Origin: a virus
Lineage: Duplodnaviria > Caudoviricetes
Strand: one strand, 5' to 3'
IMG/VR virus record: IMGVR_UViG_3300013947_000035
Coordinates: 1-64,000 of that record
Length of the DNA: 64,000 nucleotides
Under the pieces are notes generated by a model that had not been told where the DNA came from, ran no database searches, and saw only the letters and a program-made list of their open reading frames with translations. Of the stretch, positions 49,249 to 57,235 are shown piece after piece. The position numbers were made by a program, and so were the translations under genes. Each line of letters opens with the position of its first letter. Position 1 is the first letter of the stretch.

Positions 49249-50316
49249 ATGAAAGCATTCAAGACCAGAATATACCCAAATGCGGAACAAACCGTTTTAA
49301 TCGAAAAGACTTTCGGTTGTTGTCGCTTTGTCTATAATAATGGTCTTGAATGTAAAATTGATGCCTATAAGAAAGATAAAACGAACCTATCTGCTTATGA
49401 TTTGATAAAAAGAATCACAACTCTTAAAAAAGAATTCGAGTGGTTGAAAGAAGTCGAATTGCACACATTGCAGCAGTCGATTCTTGATTTAGAAAAAGCA
49501 TATAAGAACTTTTTTAGAGAACATAAGGGATTCCCTAAATTCAAGAAGAAAGGCGACAAAGATAGTTTTAGGACGTTTAATATGCGTTTTGTATCACGTC
49601 ATTTCATTTATCTTCCGAAAATTGGAGCGGTAAAAATTGCCGAAAAGATAAAAAAGAAGTGGAGCATACATAATGCGACTATAAGCAAAAGAGCAGGGAA
49701 GTATTTTATCTCGCTATTAATCGATTACGAATCACCAAAAGTCCAAAAGACAGGTGAAGTTGTCGGAATCGATTTAGGCATTAAGACATTTGCGACCTTG
49801 TCAGATGGAACTAAATATGAGAACCCAAAGACATTAAGCAAATACGAGGACAAGATTGCAAGATATCAACGACAATTAAGTCGAACTCAAAAAGGAAGTA
49901 ACAATCGCAAAAAGGTTAAAGAGAAATTAGCCCGATTGCATTTGAAAGTATCTAACATTCGGCAAGACTATTTGCATAAAATGAGCCGCGAGATAGCCAA
50001 TCGTTACTCGTTTGTTGCGATAGAGGATTTAAATATTGCAGGAATGGTTAAGAATCACAATTTAGCCAAGAGCATATCCGATTGCAGTTGGGGCGAATTC
50101 GTCCGTATGCTCGAATATAAATGCTCGTGGTATGGTTGTGAACTGCGTAAAATCGGTCGATTTGAACCCAGTAGCAAGTTGTGTTCAAATTGCGGATATA
50201 AGATGAACGAAATTCCGTTAAATATCCGAAAATGGACTTGTCCTAATTGCGGGACGCACCACGACCGAGACGTAAACGCCGCAATAAATATTTTGAATAT
50301 AGCACAAGAAAAATAA
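49249..50316 (+). mobile_element. tnpB: TnpB RNA-guided endonuclease (IS200/IS605 or IS607 OrfB type), no TnpA nearby
   Basis: RIYPN HTH, GIDLG, IEDL, CSNCG/CPNCG Zn finger, HDRDVNAA; RuvC D-E-D intact. Confidence 0.95.
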
Positions 50317-50341
50317 TCTTTTTATAAAATTAAAAAAAGCC

Positions 50342-50369
50342 TTGACATTATGGATTATTGTGCTACAAT
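50342..50369 (+). promoter_or_regulatory. promoter between the tnpB stop and the omegaRNA-like RNA
   Basis: TTGACA-N16-TACAAT with TG extension. Confidence 0.7.
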
Positions 50370-50374
50370 AAAAA

Positions 50375-50490
50375 TTGAAAAGAAGAATGACATAGCACTC
50401 TCAGGTAGAGAGGAAGAGCCTGTTGATACTGTGGACATTAGTTCACTTGAGCAGGAAAATCTTGAATAGGTTACGACCGAAAGAGAACCT
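50375..50490 (+). ncRNA. omegaRNA-like guide RNA
   Basis: GCCTGT...GAGCAGGAA pattern typical of TnpB right ends; CTCTC/GAGAG stem. Confidence 0.55.
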
Positions 50491-50509
50491 TAATATATTG
50501 AGGTATATC

Positions 50510-51217
50510 GTGACAAATTTTGACGAAATCGAGAAAGAGCAAGAGCAAAAAACCGAAAGCGAGAAATCGTTGACGGCGAAAACTGCTAACGTTCCCGAAC
50601 TCGCAACCGAAAAGCGAACGGCTGAATCTGTCATCGAAGCACAACGCCAAATCAACTACGAGAAGATTTCCGAAAACAAGGACTTCCAAGAACGCTCGGC
50701 AGTAATCGATACTCGTGCTGTCGGCGCAAAACTTGACAAGGCTGACAACGAAACCTACCAACAGGAACTCGAAAACCAGTACGCTCGATACGAACTCGAC
50801 AAAAAGAAAGAGGCTCTTGACTACCGAATGAAACTCGAACGCAAGACGACCAAAGAAAAGGTCAAAGCGGACGTGGCAGAGGTCAAGAGAACGATTGCGC
50901 TTCAACGCTATGGCTACCTTTACAAGCCCACAAAAAAAGAAGTGTTGGACGCGGACGGTAACACTGTCAAAGACGAGAACGGAAACGTAGTGTACCAAGA
51001 GATACCCGCAAAAGACTTCACGCCCAGCAAATTCATAAACTGGACGAAAGAGTTTGCGAACTGGTACGGGAACTTGTCAAAATCAATGCAAAACGTAATC
51101 AAAACCACACTCAAAATTCTGTTTTTCGGTGGAATTGCGGCACTGCTCGTTTGGGGTGCTGTATCTGGAATCAAATGGCTCATCGATAGCGGAATCTTGG
51201 TCGGAATTGCTAAATAA
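50510..51217 (+). CDS. coiled-coil protein with C-terminal TM
   Basis: GAGGT RBS, GTG start. Confidence 0.75.
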   Translation: MTNFDEIEKEQEQKTESEKSLTAKTANVPELATEKRTAESVIEAQRQINYEKISENKDFQERSAVIDTRAVGAKLDKADNETYQQELENQYARYELDKKKEALDYRMKLERKTTKEKVKADVAEVKRTIALQRYGYLYKPTKKEVLDADGNTVKDENGNVVYQEIPAKDFTPSKFINWTKEFANWYGNLSKSMQNVIKTTLKILFFGGIAALLVWGAVSGIKWLIDSGILVGIAK

Positions 51218-51240
51218 AATATAATTAGGAGATGAGATAT

Positions 51241-51561
51241 ATGGAAAACGTAAACAGCGTAGAGATTGTCGACTTTGACGAACGTATGCGAATCAAGCTT
51301 GCGGAATGTGACAAGTTCTTCAACGGCAAAGATGCCGCTATTGAAAGAGTCGAACAAGCACGAACTGAACTTGAAGCCGCAGAAAATGCGCTCGCAGAGT
51401 ATGATAATGTCGAATATGTAGAAAAACTCACAGCATATCGTGCTGATTTGGCTCGTAAACTCGGCGTAGTAGAACCCGAAGTCGTAGCGGAGGCGTGTGA
51501 TGAACAAGTTGTCGAACAAGAACCCGCACCCGTCATCGAATCTGTGGCACCGCTTTTCTAA
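51241..51561 (+). CDS. acidic coiled-coil protein
   Basis: AGGAG RBS. Confidence 0.75.
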   Translation: MENVNSVEIVDFDERMRIKLAECDKFFNGKDAAIERVEQARTELEAAENALAEYDNVEYVEKLTAYRADLARKLGVVEPEVVAEACDEQVVEQEPAPVIESVAPLF

Positions 51562-52498
51562 TACACATCATCAAAACAGGGGAAGTTTTAGTTCTTGGCT
51601 AAAAACATTTTGTAAGGGATTCGGATTACTTCTGACTTACGAAATCATAGAGGAACTTCTCGAAGAAGCAATAGCCTACACTATAACAGCCATCATCGCG
51701 AAAGCGGTATCATTTTTGTTAGTGGTATTGCTAACGCAAACAGTAAAAATAACAGCAAAGGGAATAGCAAAGGGAATCACAATAGCACTTAAACCTGCGG
51801 TTAAACAGCTTACCTACAAAGAAGGTAACGACAAAATAACTAAAATATTGAGGTTTATAAATATGTGTAAGGAAAAAATCAAGGAAAATAAATTCTTGAA
51901 CTTTTTGAAGAGAAATCCCAAATCGATTTTGGGTATTATTTCTGGTTTTATTGCTTCTCTTGCAGCTGGCGCAGGCACAACTTGCGGTCTCGTTATCGGT
52001 AATGTTGAACTTCCGCTTTGGGCAAATATTTGCTTCGGCGTTATCGTTTGGCTCGTATTGTTTATTGTCACCGCAATCGGCGTAAAAAATGCAGGTTTTG
52101 AAGGCGTTGCAAAATATCGGTTGAGAAAACTTGCCGAAAAACTTGGTTTTGGCAAAGCGGCAGAAGAACTCGAAAAAGTCGAAAAAGCAATCGAAGCCGA
52201 AGATGAGGCAAAAGCAGAACAAGAAAAACTCGCTCTCGAACAAGCAAAAGCGAAATATCAAGAAGCTTGGAGAATCGACATTACAAGCAAAAAAATTGAT
52301 ATAAACGTTTCGCTTGAAGATTATATCGCCCAAAGACAAGCCGAAGAAAAAGAAGCGGCTGAAAAAGCAGAGCAAGAGAAACTCGAAGCCGAAGCAGAGC
52401 AAGAGAAACTCGCAGTCGAAAACGCGTTCTTGGCGGCAGTTTCAAACGGATATGCGGGCTCGTTCGATACTTGGAAAGCAGAGCAAGTAACTAAATAA
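51500..52498 (+). CDS. membrane protein with C-terminal coiled coil
   Basis: GGAGG RBS, 3-4 hydrophobic segments. Confidence 0.75.
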   Translation: MNKLSNKNPHPSSNLWHRFSNTHHQNRGSFSSWLKTFCKGFGLLLTYEIIEELLEEAIAYTITAIIAKAVSFLLVVLLTQTVKITAKGIAKGITIALKPAVKQLTYKEGNDKITKILRFINMCKEKIKENKFLNFLKRNPKSILGIISGFIASLAAGAGTTCGLVIGNVELPLWANICFGVIVWLVLFIVTAIGVKNAGFEGVAKYRLRKLAEKLGFGKAAEELEKVEKAIEAEDEAKAEQEKLALEQAKAKYQEAWRIDITSKKIDINVSLEDYIAQRQAEEKEAAEKAEQEKLEAEAEQEKLAVENAFLAAVSNGYAGSFDTWKAEQVTK

Positions 52499-52576
52499 GA
52501 TACCAAACCTAATCCCCTAATGATGAAATCTCGCAGATAGATTCGTTAGGGGATTTTCATAACCAAAAGGGAAAAT

Positions 52577-53311
52577 ATGAATAAGAAAGTTTTGCATACG
52601 ATGATAATCCTCTGCTGGGTGTTTCTTGGCGCATATGCGTTATTAAAATTAATCCCGCAGTTGGCTGATAAATTTGTGATTGCTGTCAATAACGAGCGTA
52701 TAGTTGAGGCGGGTAATTTTGTTGACGAACACGTTTGGTTACAACAAATCGTATATGGACTGACGACATTGCTTACATATCATTTCTATTTATGCGCTTG
52801 TTGTCATAAATGGCGTTTGTCTTGGAAACAATACATCGTACTTATTGTTGCCATTATTGCCGCAAACACATTGAAATATTATGTCTCTGAAATCGCTGTC
52901 CAAGTAAATGTATTAATAATGGTAATTTATCCGTTCTTATTGAAAAGCGATTATAGAACATTTATAATTATATTCATAACACATTCTGTTGGGCAATTAT
53001 TGATTAGTTTTATTCGAGGGGCAGAAATGTCGCTTGCAGACTGCAATACATTGACGTGCCTAATATGTTGTTTAGATATGTATGTATGGCTATTGCTATA
53101 CTACTTATATGCAAATCTATATAAAGGAGAAAAATTTATGGGTAACGTTGCGCCTCCGTTTTGGGGCAAAATGAACAAAGAAATCGACGCAGAAATTGCG
53201 TCTCTCGACAAAAAGATTGCCGAGTGCAAGGACACAGAACAACGCAAGAAATACGAAGCTAAAAGGGCTGAATATGAAGAAATGCGCGTTAAAACTTCTG
53301 ACGAGAAGTAA
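52577..53311 (+). CDS. multipass (~6 TM) membrane protein with charged C-terminal tail
   Basis: hydrophobic segments; internal AAAGGAG-ATG at about 53138. Confidence 0.8.
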   Translation: MNKKVLHTMIILCWVFLGAYALLKLIPQLADKFVIAVNNERIVEAGNFVDEHVWLQQIVYGLTTLLTYHFYLCACCHKWRLSWKQYIVLIVAIIAANTLKYYVSEIAVQVNVLIMVIYPFLLKSDYRTFIIIFITHSVGQLLISFIRGAEMSLADCNTLTCLICCLDMYVWLLLYYLYANLYKGEKFMGNVAPPFWGKMNKEIDAEIASLDKKIAECKDTEQRKKYEAKRAEYEEMRVKTSDEK

Positions 53312-53924
53312 AATCGTTATAAAGCACGCCCTGCACTGGTTATCGGTGCAGGGTAAACTTTATTTGCGAGGGATTCCACAATTATTCTTGGTAACAATAT
53401 TGTTGATTCCTGCCGCATATTTTACAGGCAAATATATCGAAGCAATTTTCCAAATTATTGCGTTGTTTGCGCTTCGGTATAAATTCCCTAAAACTTATCA
53501 CGCCGATACGACTATGAAATGTACTTTTGTGACGTTAAGTATCGGGTATCTTGCAATTCCGAGAGTTTTGCCTACGAACGTTGCTTTGTTTAGCGCGATA
53601 TTTGTCAGTTTCGTTATCGCATTTCTCTCGTGGTTGGCACAAGAATTTATCGACCGAAAGAAACGCATAGCCGAACTCGAAGCCGCGCCTGTTTCCGAGC
53701 CATTATCGTTCACAACTTGTTCGCGAGAAGAATTCGATATGTTGTGTGTAAATAACGGAATCAAGTCAAGCCGCATAGAATATGTTTGGGATTTACTTCG
53801 AGGCAAATTATCAACATCTGAAATGATGGACAAATATTGCGTAGCCGAAAAAACAATTAGTCAAGACCGTTGGCGATACAGAAAAAGATTTTCTAACCCT
53901 ATTGACAACGGCGAATTGAAATGA
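53274..53924 (+). CDS. AgrB-like membrane peptidase fused to a C-terminal HTH
   Basis: LRYKFPKTYHADTTMKC (His...Cys+7) within a 4-TM region; C-terminal STSEMMDKYCVAEKTISQDRWRYRKRF. Confidence 0.7.
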   Translation: MKKCALKLLTRSKIVIKHALHWLSVQGKLYLRGIPQLFLVTILLIPAAYFTGKYIEAIFQIIALFALRYKFPKTYHADTTMKCTFVTLSIGYLAIPRVLPTNVALFSAIFVSFVIAFLSWLAQEFIDRKKRIAELEAAPVSEPLSFTTCSREEFDMLCVNNGIKSSRIEYVWDLLRGKLSTSEMMDKYCVAEKTISQDRWRYRKRFSNPIDNGELK

Positions 53925-53930
53925 TATTAT
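53902..53930 (+). promoter_or_regulatory. promoter of the RNA island
   Basis: TTGACA-N17-TATTAT with TG extension. Confidence 0.8.
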
Positions 53931-54008
53931 AAACGTGTCGAAAGCGCAATACGAGGTCTTCTAAAAGTTCTCCCCAGCCTCGTTCGACGCAAAAAAAATT
54001 GCGCGTAT

Positions 54009-54064
54009 CGGCGACTCGCATCTTGTAGTGCGAATTGTAGGGGCAGTACCTACGTTGCCGACCA
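54009..54064 (+). ncRNA. 56-nt D-armless tRNA-like RNA
   Basis: CGGCGAC/GTTGCCG acceptor stem plus ACCA, TCGCA/TGCGA arm, GTAGG-GGCAGTA-CCTAC T-arm. Confidence 0.65.
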
Positions 54065-54231
54065 GTAACCCTGCGGGTAGTGCGCATACCCGTTGTCCGA
54101 AGCTATTGGCGGATAGAGTTTAATATGGCATCGTGTTCGCGACCGATGCTATGACCACGCAAGCAGTTTTGTACTATGCACTATATGTAACATAGCCTGA
54201 ACGGTTCTCGACAAAAAGTAAGCTTGCATTT

Positions 54232-54312
54232 GGGGTTGAGAATGGTTTCGATTGCACATAAAGCCGAAGCGCACTGTGCAAGAAACGAGTTCGATTCTCG
54301 TCAACTCCACCA
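54232..54312 (+). ncRNA. 81-nt tmRNA-like RNA: tRNA-like domain only, no tag ORF
   Basis: GGGGTTG/CAACTCC acceptor stem with G3-U70, GGTTTCGA D-loop, TTGCACA/TGTGCAA helix, ACGAG-TTCGATT-CTCGT T-arm, ACCA. Confidence 0.8.
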
Positions 54313-54502
54313 GCGGGTTTTTCACTGTTTCCAAGCCGTCAAAAAAACAGCGCGGGGCGTATTGATGTTTGCGCTCTGTAAAATAACATCATCGCACTTT
54401 GTCCGTTTCGGCGAATAAATGTGATAACGGAACGAAGCGCGAGGGGCGACGATAGCCCTGCAGTATCGCGTATAGAAAGGTGACACGCTATTCCTTTCAA
54501 AT

Positions 54503-54578
54503 GCAGGTATGGCGCAATCGGCAGCGCAACTGATTTGTAATCAGTCGGTTGTCTGTTCGAGTCAGACTTCCAGCACCA
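54503..54578 (+). tRNA. tRNA-Thr(UGU), two acceptor-stem mismatches
   Basis: GCGC D-stem, ACTGA-TTTGTAA-TCAGT anticodon arm, GTCTG-TTCGAGT-CAGAC T-arm, CCA. Confidence 0.85.
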
Positions 54579-54810
54579 CCACTTTCACAATTCGAGAGAG
54601 CCGACTGTTTTTCGAAAAATTTTGGTCGATTTTCTCATTTCTATTGATTTATTTATGAATTTGTGTTAATATAAGTTTGTGTGAAGTGCTTATCAAGTAT
54701 AAACCGTGCCGCCATTGCAGTGGCGACCAAAACACACTGTACTATGCACTATATGGGAGCATAGCCGAACAGACTGCACCTTGCGCTAAATATTAGTGAA
54801 GGTCAAGATA

Positions 54811-54845
54811 AACCTGACACTATATGTGTCGGGTTTTTCTTTTTT
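54811..54845 (+). terminator. intrinsic terminator ending the RNA island
   Basis: AACCTGACAC/GTGTCGGGTT hairpin plus T-tract. Confidence 0.75.
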
Positions 54846-54955
54846 TATACTTTTTGTAGATTATTTTTGCCGTTTGTAGACCTTTTGTAGGTAAACATTC
54901 GGCATTTTTTTCTTTTATCATCAAATTAGCAAAAAACGATAAGGCGGTGTGCTTT

Positions 54956-55069
54956 ATGGATATTTTTGAAGAATTAGGTCTAATCCAAGTCGAGCCGAAT
55001 TCAATATATATCGTGCTTGATGACGATGAACATATATTTCTAATTTTGGAGGAAAACTCAAATGGTTAA
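54956..55069 (+). CDS. 37-aa acidic ORF
   Basis: AAGGCGG RBS; overlaps the start of the next gene. Confidence 0.45.
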   Translation: MDIFEELGLIQVEPNSIYIVLDDDEHIFLILEENSNG

Positions 55070-55538
55070 TTTCGGAAACAATTACGGTTTTGGTAACACG
55101 ATGCCGACAGCAACTCAGCCATATGGATATCCGTTCAGTATGGCACAACAGCCTTCAATGCAACCGCAAATCAACACAAATAAAACATATGTCAGTGGCA
55201 TTGAAGACGTGAGAATGCGTCCGCTTCCGCCCAATAGTGAATTTATATTTTTGGACAACGAAAAATCACTTTTATATCAAAAGAAAGTCGACGCAAACGG
55301 TCAGTTCGAAGTCAAGGCTTACGAAATAACCGAATACAACGCCGATACCGCGCCAACAGCTCAACCGCAAGTGGATTTGTCAGGATATGTGCCAAGAGCT
55401 GAATTTGAGGCATTACAGAGCGAAATTAAGGCTTTGAGCGACAAAATATCAAATATAAGGAGCGTAGCACAAAATGGAACAGCAACTGGAACTGGAACAA
55501 CAACAGCCCAAGCAAAGCCCGCAACAAACAGCATATAA
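55062..55538 (+). CDS. Gln/Pro-rich N-terminus plus small beta domain
   Basis: GGAGG RBS; NKTYVSGIE...FLDNE. Confidence 0.8.
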   Translation: MVNFGNNYGFGNTMPTATQPYGYPFSMAQQPSMQPQINTNKTYVSGIEDVRMRPLPPNSEFIFLDNEKSLLYQKKVDANGQFEVKAYEITEYNADTAPTAQPQVDLSGYVPRAEFEALQSEIKALSDKISNIRSVAQNGTATGTGTTTAQAKPATNSI

Positions 55539-55637
55539 GCGAGTCGTTGCCGAAAACAAACGCTTGAAAGAACGCGTTGAAGAACTCGAACGCGAACTCG
55601 AAATACTCAAAACTTTTGTCGGTATAGGAGATAAAAA

Positions 55638-55883
55638 ATGAACATTCTCGGTAACGGTGGCGGCGGCGGATTGCCCCCACAATTAATGCAAAGTATACAG
55701 CAAGTCAAAGGGATTATGGGAATGGCAAGAGGCGGAAATCCTATGTCTATGCTTCAAAATGACCCAAGATTCGCTCAAGTTATGCAAATGTGCAAAGGGC
55801 AGAACCCGCAAATGGTTTTGGAAAATATGTGCAGACAGCAAGGTATTAATCCACAAGATTTGATAAATGCACTGAAACAATGA
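55638..55883 (+). CDS. Gln/Met/Asn-rich small protein
   Basis: AGGAG RBS; NPMSMLQ...NPQ repeats. Confidence 0.8.
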   Translation: MNILGNGGGGGLPPQLMQSIQQVKGIMGMARGGNPMSMLQNDPRFAQVMQMCKGQNPQMVLENMCRQQGINPQDLINALKQ

Positions 55884-55947
55884 TACAACTCGGCAAATGA
55901 CGTCTATGCCTTGTGTATAAAATAAAATTAAAAAGGAGAAACAAACA

Positions 55948-56499
55948 ATGGAAGGTAATGGCATTCAACCTGTTATGAGTATGAATCCTGGTTACGGCTA
56001 CGGCAATGGCGGAATCTTTGGCGACGGAGCCTTCGCGATATTTGCTATACTTGCTCTTATGTGGGGCGGCAACGGCTTCTTCGGTCGTGGCGCAGACGGC
56101 AGATGTGCAACAGTTGAGGATTTGAACAACAGCGCAAACTTCACCAGACTCGAAAGCCAAGTTATGAACAACGGTAACGTGGTCGAACGCAAGACGGACG
56201 CGATTCAAAACGGACTTTGCAGCCTCGGCTACGAGATGGCACAGCAATTCGGCTCGACCTATTCTCGTATCGACCAATCCACCGCGCTCATCAATGCGAA
56301 CGTCACGGCGCAAACTCAAAAGATTCTCGACAGACTCTCTGAGGACAAGATTAGCGCATTGCAAGGCAAAATCAGCCAACTCGAATTGCAACAAGCACTG
56401 TCTGGCGTAGTCCGCTATCCGCAAGCGATTACATACAACGCGGGTGCATCCCCGTTCTGTAGCGGTTGCGGCTGTGGCTACGGTTACGGCACAATCTGA
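55948..56499 (+). CDS. Gly-rich single-TM coiled-coil protein
   Basis: FGDGAFAIFAILALMWGG TM, coiled coil, C-terminal CSGCGCG. Confidence 0.85.
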   Translation: MEGNGIQPVMSMNPGYGYGNGGIFGDGAFAIFAILALMWGGNGFFGRGADGRCATVEDLNNSANFTRLESQVMNNGNVVERKTDAIQNGLCSLGYEMAQQFGSTYSRIDQSTALINANVTAQTQKILDRLSEDKISALQGKISQLELQQALSGVVRYPQAITYNAGASPFCSGCGCGYGYGTI

Positions 56500-56600
56500 T
56501 TTGGGTCTAAAACTGAATTAAGGCTCTGTTAGCCGATTGTATAAGAGGGGCAGGGCATAACCTGCCTCTCTTTCTAAAAAAAATATAGGAGAAATAAAAT

Positions 56601-57017
56601 ATGTCTTGTAATTCATTGATTGATGTTGCAACAACGACTTCGACGTCGGTATTGGCAAATGCGGCGATTCCGTTCAATACGATTGTGCGCAGACGTGGCA
56701 GAGAGATAGGTCAATCGGGTACAGCCGTTGCTATTAGCGATTGCGGTTCCAACTTCTATCTCGTGAACGTTACGGTTGCATTCACGGCACCTGCGGCGGG
56801 TACGGTTACGGTCGCGCTTCAACAAAACGGAGCGGCAGTCGTTGGCGGTACTGCGAGTACAACGATTACTACGGCAACGACAGAAGTTCGTAGCTTGTCG
56901 TTCTCGGCGATTGTCAGAACGTACAACAGCCAAAACATCGTCGACACGCTTACGCTCTTGAACAGCGGCGTTGCGATTACGGTCTCGAACGCAGATATGA
57001 CCGTTGTAAAGCTCTAA
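56601..57017 (+). CDS. BclA-C/C1q-like beta-sandwich protein
   Basis: AIPF...FYLVNVTV...VALQQNG...SFSAIV pattern. Confidence 0.6.
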   Translation: MSCNSLIDVATTTSTSVLANAAIPFNTIVRRRGREIGQSGTAVAISDCGSNFYLVNVTVAFTAPAAGTVTVALQQNGAAVVGGTASTTITTATTEVRSLSFSAIVRTYNSQNIVDTLTLLNSGVAITVSNADMTVVKL

Positions 57018-57037
57018 GTTCATAGGCGGTTGCCAGT

Positions 57038-57235
57038 ATGGATAACTGGAATTTAGATTTTTTAGACGTGATTACCGTATTGTCATTCGTGTTAGGGATT
57101 GAGAACCTAAGATTGAATCAGCAACAATCGGGCGACGTTATGGATGAACTCCGTAAGAACCAGAATGCTATGCTGGCAACCATCATAAAACAAAACGAGG
57201 AGATAATTAGGCTCCTAAGGGGACAAGAAAAATGA
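57038..57235 (+). CDS. small TM/coiled-coil protein
   Basis: tiled in operon. Confidence 0.7.
   Translation: MDNWNLDFLDVITVLSFVLGIENLRLNQQQSGDVMDELRKNQNAMLATIIKQNEEIIRLLRGQEK

Noticed and set aside
49249-50316. Nuclease-dead TnpB (TldR-type repressor)
   Set aside because: All three RuvC acidic residues (GIDLG, IEDL, HDRD) are intact.
50510-52498. Lysis cassette (holin/spanin/endolysin)
   Set aside because: Membrane and coiled-coil proteins are present, but there is no peptidoglycan-hydrolase motif to support the call.
54232-54312. Ordinary tRNA-Ala or an ssrA attachment-site remnant
   Set aside because: No D-stem or 7-nt anticodon loop; both 5' and 3' halves are present and pair with each other, unlike att remnants.
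54313-54370. Theta/HDV-like ribozyme downstream of the tRNA-like RNAs
   Set aside because: Possible P1/P2-like pairings exist, but no P3/L3/P1.1 or J4/2 catalytic C could be placed.
52500-55070. Canonical AgrD propeptide
   Set aside because: No small ORF has the amphipathic leader, C/S-X4 ring and EP-P tail; the 37-aa and 57-aa peptides do not fit.
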